DNA from: Candidatus Rariloculaceae bacterium
GTDB taxonomy: Bacteria; Pseudomonadota; Gammaproteobacteria; Steroidobacterales; Rariloculaceae
Direction: 5' to 3'
Length of the DNA stretch: 64,000 nucleotides
Assembly (NCBI GenBank): GCA_965205045.1
Contig: OZ242031.1
Location: 62,807-126,806, forward strand
Positions 16,647 through 24,928 of this stretch are shown here, piece by piece; position 1 is the stretch's first letter; each line of letters opens with the position of its first letter. Position numbers and translations under genes: made by a program. The notes below the pieces were generated by a model. It was given only the letters and a program-made list of their open reading frames with translations. It ran no database searches and had not been told where the DNA came from.

Positions 16647-18851
16647 ATGATCGCGATCCTGAAGGACTGGCTGCCGCTGCCAGTCGCGGTCGCGCTGGCT
16701 TCGTCCCCGCTGTCGGCCCAGGTCGAAAACGGGGAAGCGAAGTCCGTTCGCGTCGTCAGAATCGAAACGCCGCCGGTCCTTGACGGAAGGCTGGACGACC
16801 CCGCCTGGGCGCAGGCTGTTGCAGTCGACGATTTGCACGAAGTCTATCCGGACGAGTACGAGTCGCCGTCCAGGGACACTGTGGTCTACGTCGTTTACGA
16901 CGACGACGCGCTATACGTCGGCGCAAGGATGTACGAGGAACCCGGGGAAACCAATGCCCTGATCCTGCGGCAGGGTGCGCCAGTGGCCGATGACCGTTTC
17001 GGGCTGATGCTCGACCCCTTCAACAACGCGCGAAGCGGTTACATCTTCGAACTCAACCCGCTGAGCGTCCGCGACGATGCGCTGTTCCAGAATACCACCG
17101 AGGAAAACTGGAATTGGACAGGCATCTGGCACGGCCGCTCGCACATGGACGAGGATGGCTGGACCGCGGAGTTCAGGATCCCTTTCAAGACGGTTTCTTT
17201 CGACCCCGAAAACGACACGTGGGGAATCAATTTCTCCCGCTATCGAACCCGCCACAACGAACAGATCGGATGGTCATCCAACAACCGCTCGCAGAACCCG
17301 AGCAATTTCGGTGAGGCCGTTGGCTTCGAGGGCCTGAGCCAGGGGCTCGGACTCGACATCGTGCCGGGAATCGTGCTCAGCAGCCGCAAAAACATTCTGG
17401 TCGACACGTCATCGGACGAATTCGATCCCTCGCTCGATGCGTTTTATCGAATATCCCCGGCGGTGACCGCTGCGATTACGGTCAATACGGATTTTTCCGG
17501 CACGGATGTCGATGAGATCCAGGTCAACCTGTCACGATTCGGACTTTTCTATCCGGAAAAGCGCGCCTTCTTTCTGCGCGATACCGACATCTTCGAGTTC
17601 GGCCGCCTGGGCGGAAGTGGCCTTTTCGATGACCCCAGCGCCATTGAAGTTGTCGAGCGCGAGAACGGCCGTCCATTCTTTTCGAGGCGCATCGGCCTGA
17701 ACGATTCAGGTGAAGAAGTGGAAATCGATTACGGCGGGAAGATGACAGGGCGTATCGGCCGCTGGGACTTCGGATTGCTGAATATTCAACAGGACAGGTT
17801 TCAGGAAATCGACAAGACCAACCTGTTCGTTGGCCGCGCAGCCGTCGGCATCCTGGAAGAGTCCGCTCTGGGCGTGATTCTGACCAACGGACACCCAACG
17901 GAAAACCTGGAAAACACGCTGCTCGGATTTGACTTTCGGTACTTCAACACGCGCCTGACCAATGGACGCACGGTCGAGGCGGCCGCCTGGTACCAGCAAT
18001 CGGAGACGGAGGGGTTGTCCGGCGACGATGCCGCGTTTGGATTCAGCGTGAACATGCCCAATACGGAGTTCTGGCGCGGCGCTCTCAGCGTGAAGGAGCT
18101 GCAGAAGAACTTCAACCCGGCACTCGGGTTCGTGCATCGACTCGGCATACGCGATGCGACGCTCGAACTGGGCTATACGCACCGGTTGAGCGATGGCTTC
18201 ATCCGCTCAGTCTTTTCCGGGGTGGATGTTCAGCGTATCGAACGACTGGCCGGCGGCGTCGAGTCCGAACAGTTCACGTTTCGCTTCCTTGAGTTGGAAA
18301 GTGACGGCGGCGACCAGTTGCGGGCGAATGCTACAAGCAGAAGGGAAAGCGTGGTGGAGGCCTTCGAACTGCATGACGGCATCGCCGTTCCTGTCGGTGA
18401 GTATGAAACCAGAGAGTACGGGGTTGAATTCATGAGCGCTTATCAGAGGCGCCTGTCAACCTCCCTGGAATTTTCCGGTGGAGGATTTTTTGGCGGCGAC
18501 ATTCAATCATGGTCACTGAACGGCCTTTGGCGATCCACGTCGCGCTACGAGTTCGGACTGGGTACGGAGGTCAATCACGTCGATCTCACTCAGGGGAGTT
18601 TCTCGACGCGGGTCGTCAGCTTAACAGGCGATATCGCCTTTTCGTCCACATGGTCATGGGAGAACTTCATTCAATATGACAATGTTTCGGACACAGGCGG
18701 TTGGAACAGCATTCTGAGATGGTTTCCCGAGGAAGGCCGTGAAATGCTGATCGTCATCAATTACGGCGCGGAGGACTTTGACGAAAGCGGCAGATTCAAC
18801 ACCGCAGTGACTGACTATACGTTCAGGATCAATCATACGTTCAGGTTCTAG
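16647..18851 (+). CDS. DUF5916 / carbohydrate-binding family 9-like domain envelope protein
   Basis: The start is taken at ATG 16647, giving the signal peptide MIAILKDWLPLPVAVALASSPLSAQ. The CBM9-like opening is PPVLDGRLDDPAWAQAVAVDDLHEVYP...ALYVGARMYE. The long C-terminal region is beta-strand-rich and ends HTFRF, which looks like an outer-membrane barrel terminus. Confidence 0.7.
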   Translation: MIAILKDWLPLPVAVALASSPLSAQVENGEAKSVRVVRIETPPVLDGRLDDPAWAQAVAVDDLHEVYPDEYESPSRDTVVYVVYDDDALYVGARMYEEPGETNALILRQGAPVADDRFGLMLDPFNNARSGYIFELNPLSVRDDALFQNTTEENWNWTGIWHGRSHMDEDGWTAEFRIPFKTVSFDPENDTWGINFSRYRTRHNEQIGWSSNNRSQNPSNFGEAVGFEGLSQGLGLDIVPGIVLSSRKNILVDTSSDEFDPSLDAFYRISPAVTAAITVNTDFSGTDVDEIQVNLSRFGLFYPEKRAFFLRDTDIFEFGRLGGSGLFDDPSAIEVVERENGRPFFSRRIGLNDSGEEVEIDYGGKMTGRIGRWDFGLLNIQQDRFQEIDKTNLFVGRAAVGILEESALGVILTNGHPTENLENTLLGFDFRYFNTRLTNGRTVEAAAWYQQSETEGLSGDDAAFGFSVNMPNTEFWRGALSVKELQKNFNPALGFVHRLGIRDATLELGYTHRLSDGFIRSVFSGVDVQRIERLAGGVESEQFTFRFLELESDGGDQLRANATSRRESVVEAFELHDGIAVPVGEYETREYGVEFMSAYQRRLSTSLEFSGGGFFGGDIQSWSLNGLWRSTSRYEFGLGTEVNHVDLTQGSFSTRVVSLTGDIAFSSTWSWENFIQYDNVSDTGGWNSILRWFPEEGREMLIVINYGAEDFDESGRFNTAVTDYTFRINHTFRF

Positions 18852-19175
18852 CGAGGCTCCGCCTCAGACCGACGAGGCCTGTGTTGTTGCTGGCCTGCGG
18901 TGGAGGCGGACTCCGGCCGCTGCTCCGCTCTGCGGCGTGAAGCCGCGTTCATAGTCGCTCCAGGCGTCGTTGGCCAATAGTGGCCGGCGGGGAGCCCATC
19001 GGCCGGAGTCCTGACGATGACCATAGCACGAAGCAGTAGGTAGCGTTGGTTAAGCTTGAGCTGCGCACATCCCGGCGGAAGCGCAGAAACGCGCCATGTG
19101 CCTCGACAGCAAGTATTGACATAATTGACGGAATGGACAAACATCGCCTGAAGGGACAAGCAAGAGCAGTCCATC

Positions 19176-19745
19176 ATGGCCAAGACAGCCACGCAGACAC
19201 TCGAAGACATATTGTGCGCCGCCGCCGCTGAACTGAACCCTCGTGCGGCGAACGCTCTGGTTCGGCACCCGGACGCGATACGCGCCGCCCTCGCAGCGAC
19301 TGGAGAAGTCCTCGCGGTCGAAACTCTCGCTCCGATCAAAGAAGCGTCGACCCGGCATGGGGACGTCGGCCAGGTCGTCGCCGACCGAACGATTCCTTTC
19401 GAACCGGATGAAGAAGTTCTGAACTCGAACGAGGTTTCAGCGCGTCTCGGGCTCAAGTCCCGACAGTCCGTTCACGACTGGTTGCGCAAAGGCAAGATTC
19501 TCGGCTGGCAGACCGCGAAGCGCGGCTACCTGTTTCCGACAGCGCAGCTCGATGAACGCAATCGGCCGATCCAAGGACTCGGTGACATCGTGGCCCTGTT
19601 CGAAGATTCCTATGCCGCGTGGCGATGGATGACCATTCCGCAGAGCGCGCTGGATGGAGACACACCGCTCGCAATACTTGCCAGCGGCGAGCGCGATCGG
19701 GTAAGCGCCGCGGCGGAAGGGTACCTGCAAGGCGACTTTGCGTGA
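19176..19745 (+). CDS. Xre/ParS/MbcA-type antitoxin (HTH + DUF2384-like toxin-binding domain) of a RES toxin
   Basis: 189 aa. The HTH is LNSNEVSARLGLKSRQSVHDWLRKGKILGW. The C-terminal WMTIPQSALDGDTPLAILASGERDRVSAAAEGYLQGDF is typical of RES-partner antitoxins. Its stop overlaps the RES gene start (GTGA). Confidence 0.85.
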   Translation: MAKTATQTLEDILCAAAAELNPRAANALVRHPDAIRAALAATGEVLAVETLAPIKEASTRHGDVGQVVADRTIPFEPDEEVLNSNEVSARLGLKSRQSVHDWLRKGKILGWQTAKRGYLFPTAQLDERNRPIQGLGDIVALFEDSYAAWRWMTIPQSALDGDTPLAILASGERDRVSAAAEGYLQGDFA

Positions 19746-20332
19746 GCCGGCCCTATGCCGCGCAGCGCATCCGGGATTGCATCCGCACAATCGGACTTGA
19801 CGAAGTCTATCGGCTGATTCATCGCAAGTATCGACAGTGGCCGCTCGGCGCAGTCCCAGCGCCAAGTCGATTCAGTGACCCCAAGGGGCGTTACAGCACG
19901 CTCTACGCAGCGCAGAGCATTCGTTGCGCAGTGTGGGAGGCAATTTTGCGCAACCGGTTCGCCCGGCAGCGGAGGCGCGTCCTGACTTTACAGGAAATCG
20001 CACCAGTCCTGACAGTCGCCCTACATTCGCTCGAACCGCTCTCGTTGGTCGATCTCAGGAACGATGGACCGGTGCGCATCGGAGCACCGACAGCGGTCAC
20101 TCACGACACCAGTCACAGGGCAGGACAGTCACTTTCTGCCGCCACATACGCAGATGTGCCGGAAGCAGACGGATTCCTGTATCAGTCCAGATTTACCGGA
20201 CATGCGTGCGTCGCCATATTCGACAGGGCAATCGGCAAGCTTGCGGTGCGCGAGGTGACGGCCCTGAGGGAACACTCGGAATTCGCCGACATATTGGTTG
20301 ACTACGGAATCGCGCTTCACGACACACTATAA
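19742..20332 (+). CDS. RES-domain toxin (NAD+-targeting RES family)
   Basis: The start is set at GTG 19742. The R/E/S signature is spread as PSRFSDPKGRYSTLYAAQSIRCAVWEAIL ... GFLYQSRFTGHACVAIFD. The protein is 196 aa. Confidence 0.85.
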   Translation: MSRPYAAQRIRDCIRTIGLDEVYRLIHRKYRQWPLGAVPAPSRFSDPKGRYSTLYAAQSIRCAVWEAILRNRFARQRRRVLTLQEIAPVLTVALHSLEPLSLVDLRNDGPVRIGAPTAVTHDTSHRAGQSLSAATYADVPEADGFLYQSRFTGHACVAIFDRAIGKLAVREVTALREHSEFADILVDYGIALHDTL

Positions 20333-20456
20333 GGGGAGGCGCGCATCAAGTAACGAGTGATTCACGGATCGCGAGTTCGCCGGACGGGTTCGCCGTATTG
20401 ATTCTACGGCTCGGAAAGGCAGAAAATGATCATGTTGTTCGCTGCTCAAGAGGGAT

Positions 20457-20738
20457 ATGAAGATGTATCAAGATTCATCGATCCTTACGGTGACTGAATT
20501 CACCCGCCAGCCGGCGGAGTACATCAAACGGCTCATCGAACACAAGCGTGCAGAGATACTGACGGTCAACGGCAAGGCCGCCGTGGTGGTCCAGGATGCC
20601 GAAACCTACAAGCGAATGGCGGAGCTCGCGCAATATGCCGAGAGTCTGCAAAGCGCAAGGCTGGCACTTTCGGAAGAGGGACGAAAGTTGCATGAATTCA
20701 CCACCGAATTCGAGGCCGAGCGCGGTATTCGCCGTTAA
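20457..20738 (+). CDS. Phd/YefM-family type II antitoxin (no intact cognate toxin downstream)
   Basis: 93 aa. ILTVTEFTRQPAEYIKRLIEHKRAEILTVNGKAAVVVQDAETYKRMAE is the Phd/YefM fold signature. An AGAGGGA SD lies upstream. Confidence 0.85.
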   Translation: MKMYQDSSILTVTEFTRQPAEYIKRLIEHKRAEILTVNGKAAVVVQDAETYKRMAELAQYAESLQSARLALSEEGRKLHEFTTEFEAERGIRR

Positions 20739-20862
20739 ATCCTTGCGCGACAGCGAGGGCGGACCGCACTCTCGATGGAATATCCGAAGGCGCGGGAGAC
20801 GAAAATACTTGATCGACAGAGAAGCAACGCACGCAGCCACGCCCGGTAATCGATTCAGCGCA

Positions 20863-21159
20863 CTACCCGACCGAATTCAGAGCAGCTACAACATGCTCCG
20901 GGTCATTCTTGATCGCGGTCAACAAGGCGGCTGCCGGTCCATCGGGCCGACGGCGCCCTTGTTCCCAATTTCGTAGTGTGCCAACGGATATGTGAAAGAG
21001 TCCCGCAAACTTCTCCTGGGACAATCCAGTGCTTTCCCGAATTTCGCGCACGATATCCGACGTAACTTCAAAAGTACGTGACGGAGCGCGATCACCACGT
21101 ACGATTTCCGCCGCCTGTGAGGCGCTCTCAATCAGTTTTGCAAACAGTTTCTCGTCCAT
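20863..21159 (-). CDS. HigA2/NadS-like HTH (Xre-type) antitoxin/regulator
   Basis: The start is set at ATG 21159. MDEKLFAKLIESASQAAEIVRGDRAPSRTFEV...IREIRESTGLSQEKFAGLFHISVGTLRNWEQGRRRPDGPAAALLTAIKNDPEHV matches the COG2944/HigA-2 pattern. The protein is 98 aa. Confidence 0.8.
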   Translation of the reverse strand: MDEKLFAKLIESASQAAEIVRGDRAPSRTFEVTSDIVREIRESTGLSQEKFAGLFHISVGTLRNWEQGRRRPDGPAAALLTAIKNDPEHVVAALNSVG

Positions 21160-21199
21160 GGCCGCAACGCCTGCTTGCGCTGGGCGCGTCCCTTGTCGG

Positions 21200-21505
21200 T
21201 CAATGTTCGTTGTGGAAATAGGCGTCAATGTCCATCGACATGTGCGGCACGCCGACGATTTCGATGACCGCTCCACGTTCGCGATAAAAGACGATGTGCG
21301 AGCCCTCCCGGAAACTTCGAAGCCCGGAAAAAACTTCCGGTCGTGCCCGGCCCACCTTGGGATTTTCCGCCAGCCAGTCGAAACGATCGATCAGGGCCGT
21401 CACGTACGCGGTCATCTGCGGCCGGCCCCACTCCCGAAGTGTAAAGTCCGCAATGCTCTCAAGGTCGGATTCCGCGCGCCTCGTGAGCCGGTAGCGCCCG
21501 CTCAC
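21200..21505 (-). CDS. parE: ParE-family type II toxin
   Basis: 101 aa. YRLTRRAESDLESIADFTLREWGRPQMTAYVTALIDRFDWLAENPKVGRARPE...GSHIVFYRERGAVIEIVGVPHMSMD is classic ParE. Its start overlaps the parD stop as ATGA. Confidence 0.9.
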   Translation of the reverse strand: MSGRYRLTRRAESDLESIADFTLREWGRPQMTAYVTALIDRFDWLAENPKVGRARPEVFSGLRSFREGSHIVFYRERGAVIEIVGVPHMSMDIDAYFHNEH

Positions 21506-21762
21506 GCCGGATTAGCGGCACGTGTACCCGCGTTGGCGATGACCTTTTCGATGCTGAAGTCGTCCACGAATTCCCCGCGATCGGCTTGTTCGATTCCTTC
21601 CGCCAAATGAGCCCTCAACGCATCGAGTCTCTTGCCTTTGTCTTCGTAGTCTCTGAGCGCGGCGCGAACCACCTCGCTTGCGCTGGCGTAGCGTCCGGTT
21701 GCAATTTCCCTGCGAATGAATTCTTCCCAGTGCGGACCGAGGCTCAGGGCTGTCGTGGCCAT
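21502..21762 (-). CDS. parD: ParD-family (RHH) type II antitoxin
   Basis: 86 aa. LSLGPHWEEFIRREIATGRYASASEVVRAALRDYEDK is the ParD1/3/4 signature. Confidence 0.9.
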   Translation of the reverse strand: MATTALSLGPHWEEFIRREIATGRYASASEVVRAALRDYEDKGKRLDALRAHLAEGIEQADRGEFVDDFSIEKVIANAGTRAANPA

Positions 21763-21892
21763 GCTTTCAATTCACCGTGTTCCAGCAATTCATGATCAAT
21801 ATAGCGATTCGGGCCGATTTTATCAGGGACGGGCCACACGCGGCGGAGCGGATCATGATGTATCCTTGCCCACCTTGGTCATCGCGCCCGAC

Positions 21893-22969
21893 ATGAATAC
21901 CGCAACGAACACCGCCGCCGACTGGAACAAGCCCCTGCCCGGCGTGATCGAGCCGCGCTGGTGGACGGGTACGCCGGCCTTGCCGCCGGCGTCATTCACG
22001 ATTGACTGCGGCGAGTACGCCATGGGCGAGTCGGACCTCGACCCGGACAGCAAGCTGGCCCGGCGCATGAACCGCACATTCGATGAGGTCGGCCTGGTTT
22101 ACCTGGTCAACACGGGACTGACCGACCTGCAGGCCATGCGGCGGTTCGCGAAGCTCGTCATCGACCGGGAGATGCTCTACGAGGGCGGCGCCAATCCGCG
22201 CGGCCGGCTGGAGCCCAACGTGTACGAGGTGGGCGCACCGCTCGAGGCCTGGCTGCACTACCACCACGAGATGGCCTATGTCGGGCACAGTACCCGGATG
22301 CTGGGATTCCTGTGCCACAGTGCAATCCCCGGGCGCGGGTACACGTTCGTTTCACATAACCTCCAGGCGACCGATGCCATCCTGAAAACCGGCCTCGGGC
22401 GCAAGCTCAGGGAGCACGGGCTCTGCTATCACCGCAATCTCACCGATCGCGAAGCCTTCGCCGGAACGCCCCAGATCGGCGTCTACAACCACTGGCAGAA
22501 GTCCATGATGACCGACGATCCGGATGAGGCCGAAGCCGAAGCCCGTGCCAAGGGGCTGGAGGTGGAGTGGGGCCCCAACCGCCTCCTGAAGACGCGCTAC
22601 TACATTTCGGCCTTCGAGTACTTCCCGCAACGGGACCGGAACGTGCTCTACAGCAGCATCGCGGACGACGGCATGTGGTTCGACGCCTGGCCGAAGGTCA
22701 TGCACCTGCCCTACGAGCAGCGGCCCCTGAAACTGACGTTCGGCGACGGCAGCGAGATGACCCGGGAGGAGAAACAGGCGTTCGTGAACGTCTACGACGA
22801 CTTCGGAATCCCCATCGAATGGAACGTCGGCGACATCGCCATCGTCTGCAACTACCGTTTCGCGCACGGGCGCCCGGGCATCCGCCTGGGCAAGGGCGAG
22901 GCGCGGGAACTCGGCGTGCTGATCGGCGAGGCCTACGAGCGCGTCGGCGACCTGCCGGGCAAGTGGTAG
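21893..22969 (+). CDS. TauD/TfdA-family Fe(II)/2-oxoglutarate-dependent dioxygenase
   Basis: The start is set at ATG 21893 (MNTATNTAADW...), because the listed ORF start at 21716 overlaps parD. The putative facial triad is LHYHHEMAY plus the distal NYRFAHGRPG. The protein is 358 aa. Confidence 0.7.
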   Translation: MNTATNTAADWNKPLPGVIEPRWWTGTPALPPASFTIDCGEYAMGESDLDPDSKLARRMNRTFDEVGLVYLVNTGLTDLQAMRRFAKLVIDREMLYEGGANPRGRLEPNVYEVGAPLEAWLHYHHEMAYVGHSTRMLGFLCHSAIPGRGYTFVSHNLQATDAILKTGLGRKLREHGLCYHRNLTDREAFAGTPQIGVYNHWQKSMMTDDPDEAEAEARAKGLEVEWGPNRLLKTRYYISAFEYFPQRDRNVLYSSIADDGMWFDAWPKVMHLPYEQRPLKLTFGDGSEMTREEKQAFVNVYDDFGIPIEWNVGDIAIVCNYRFAHGRPGIRLGKGEARELGVLIGEAYERVGDLPGKW

Positions 22970-23044
22970 GCGCCGCCGCCATTAGCACATTGCGGACCCT
23001 GAGGGAAACCACATCGTGATCGAACTGGACAGTTCCAAACCGGG

Positions 23045-23897
23045 CTAATCGCGCCGTGGGGTCCGTTTGCGTTTCGCCTGGCGCCCGCGCCGATGCGGAA
23101 GCCTGTCTGGCCCCTCGATACGGTCGCAGGCCAACCTCAGCGAAGCCGTGCGCTCCGACAGCAGTTCCGGAACCAGCGTGGCCAGTTCCGGGAAGCCTCG
23201 CCACGGGCTGTGCGACAAATCCTCCAGGCGCCGGCCCAGGCTTTCGGATTCGTCCGGGCCTATGCCTGTTCCGGTTTCATCGCGAAGCGCTGCGGCCGCC
23301 AGCCGGACATCCACCTTGCCATGCTTGAGGATGGCGGCCACATCTTCGCCATCGCGTTCTTCCTCACGGACAGCCATCGCCACCATCTTCTGCTTGAGAA
23401 TGTCAGTCAGCGACGCGATCCGGAGGCCGTTGGGCGCACAGGCCGTGCCGCAGGCTCCACCCGTCGGCGAACCGCCAGGCATCGGCGTCCCCGGGTTCGG
23501 GCGGAAGATTCAGCAATCGCTTCCAATACGCCCACGACCCCATCGAACGGTGCCGTCGGCCAGCCAAGCGCAGGGCGCCGATCAGGCATGGCGCTCCCAG
23601 GACCTCCAACAGACGTTCGCTTTCGGCGCCAAGCCCGTGCTCCGGTTCGCCCAGATGGTCGAGGATAGTCCAGAACGCCGAATCCTCGGTGTGGACCGGA
23701 CGGCCCTCGAGAGTCGCGATCTGCCACAGCGCATGTCGGCAGAGGGGCGCCCACAAGCCGCACTCCCGGAGCCGCGCCGCGATCATGCGGAACTCGGCGC
23801 GGCGGCCAGGCGCGATATTCATCACGGCGACATCGATTTCGGCAGCCTTCATGGGCATTTCCGCCTTGGGTTCGACCCCTCGCGAATTATACGCCAC
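23045..23897 (-). pseudogene. Probable frameshifted gene (possible nucleotidyltransferase-fold / AbiEii-like protein)
   Basis: Two same-strand ORFs (23403..23897 and 23045..23482) overlap by 80 nt in different frames, so one indel near 23400-23480 would join them into a ~280-aa product. The C-terminal part NGLRIASLTDILKQKMVAMAVREEERDGEDVAAIL resembles AbiEii/DUF1814-type proteins. The family call is weak. Confidence 0.3.
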
Positions 23898-24011
23898 GCT
23901 CGTGCTCTGGATTTTCTCGCCCAGGGGCGCCGGGAAATAGCTGGCTATGGCGGGGCAGGTCGACGTCTACGAGCAGGCGGCGCGGCTTGCCCGGGTGGGC
24001 GCCGGCATCCA

Positions 24012-24311
24012 GAGGAAGTGCGCACGGCCTACGAGGGATTTCATCCTGATGTTCGCGCCGTGCTCGCGGCCTGCCCGGACTGCCACAAGTGGGCGATCCC
24101 GGAGCGTGAACCGCTGCCGAGGTGGAGCGACGGCCGCGTCTGTTACGAGGCGACACGAAAACCGCGTACTTCGAGAATCCAGGCCATCTCAAGCGCCAAC
24201 ACCTGGATGCAGTGCGGCGACCAGAACACAAGCTGGCTGTACGGCTACGACGCGTGGAACGTGCCGCTGGCGGAGGCAAAGGCGGGACCGGATTCCGCAA
24301 TCGCGCCCTAA
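24012..24311 (+). pseudogene. Remnant of an FAD-dependent aromatic monooxygenase (salicylate-hydroxylase-like): N-terminus missing and an internal deletion
   Basis: AYEGFHPDVRAVLAACPDCHKWAIPEREPLPRWSDGRV runs directly into CYEATRKPRTSRIQAISSANTW...WLYGYDAWNV. The expected LLGDAAHxMxPxxGQG block between these two conserved stretches is absent. Upstream in-frame sequence is Arg/Ser-rich junk. Confidence 0.55.
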
Positions 24312-24423
24312 AAAAGGACACCGGGTCACTACGAATCGGGGAGCCCACCGCAACAGTCCCGATACTCGGTCGTCCCAATGCCTGGTCAGACCTTCACGGC
24401 AATCGCGCATCGGCGCGCCGCTT

Positions 24424-24915
24424 TCAATCAATGTCGGGCGCCCTCCAGCCTGGCGGTGGCGGCATGCGCTCCAGTCGATTGATGTTGACCGTGAATGCGG
24501 CGTCGCAGCCGTTCATGAGCATTCGCCGCTCGGCGATTCGCCAGAGCTGCTCCTGGCGAACGAAGCGGTCATGGTACTGGCCGAAAATCGTCGCCGTCGA
24601 CCCGTCCGGGCGTTCATGCCAGGCGTGTACGTAGCTGCGGGAAAAGGCGGCGTCGCTGCCGTCAAAGCGGATCAGGACGTTGGACAGGTGATGGGACGTC
24701 CGCGACCACCGCCACATGCGCTCAAGGGATTTCGCGAGCGCGGCGGAACCATGGCATTGCAGGAATTCACCCGGGCCGTATTCCACGATGCAATCGTCGG
24801 TGAACAGCGCCGCCAGCGCCGGCAGATCCATGACGTCAAGCGCGCAGCAGTACTCCACCAGCACGTCGGCGATTGCCTGGCGATCCGCCAATCTCCGATC
24901 CGGTTGTTCGCTCAT
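24424..24915 (-). CDS. NTF2-like / SnoaL-like family protein
   Basis: 163 aa. DRQAIADVLVEYCCALDVMDLPALAALFTDDCIVEY is the SnoaL_4-type N-terminal pattern. It starts 13 nt downstream of the SDR gene. Confidence 0.75.
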   Translation of the reverse strand: MSEQPDRRLADRQAIADVLVEYCCALDVMDLPALAALFTDDCIVEYGPGEFLQCHGSAALAKSLERMWRWSRTSHHLSNVLIRFDGSDAAFSRSYVHAWHERPDGSTATIFGQYHDRFVRQEQLWRIAERRMLMNGCDAAFTVNINRLERMPPPPGWRAPDID

Positions 24916-24928
24916 GGCTGGAGGTCCT

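Noticed and set aside
18848-19456. A 202-aa minus-strand ORF spanning the gap before the TA islet
   Set aside because: It overlaps the Xre-type antitoxin gene, has no SD or motif, and is Ser/Ala/Arg-rich. The 18852-19175 gap is treated as non-coding. I found no tRNA, integrase fragment or att-like repeat there.
20739-20862. A ParE/RelE toxin gene remnant immediately after the Phd/YefM gene
   Set aside because: Only a ~12-residue resemblance (ATARADRTLDGI versus the A..DL..I motif) in one frame, interrupted by stops. This is too weak to annotate as a pseudogene, so it is mentioned only as a possibility under the orphan-antitoxin finding.
23067-24011. The front 315 codons of the 414-aa plus-strand ORF 23067..24311
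   Set aside because: This part is Arg/Ser/Pro-rich and antisense to the frameshifted minus-strand gene. Only the last ~99 codons show family-like sequence (the monooxygenase relic).
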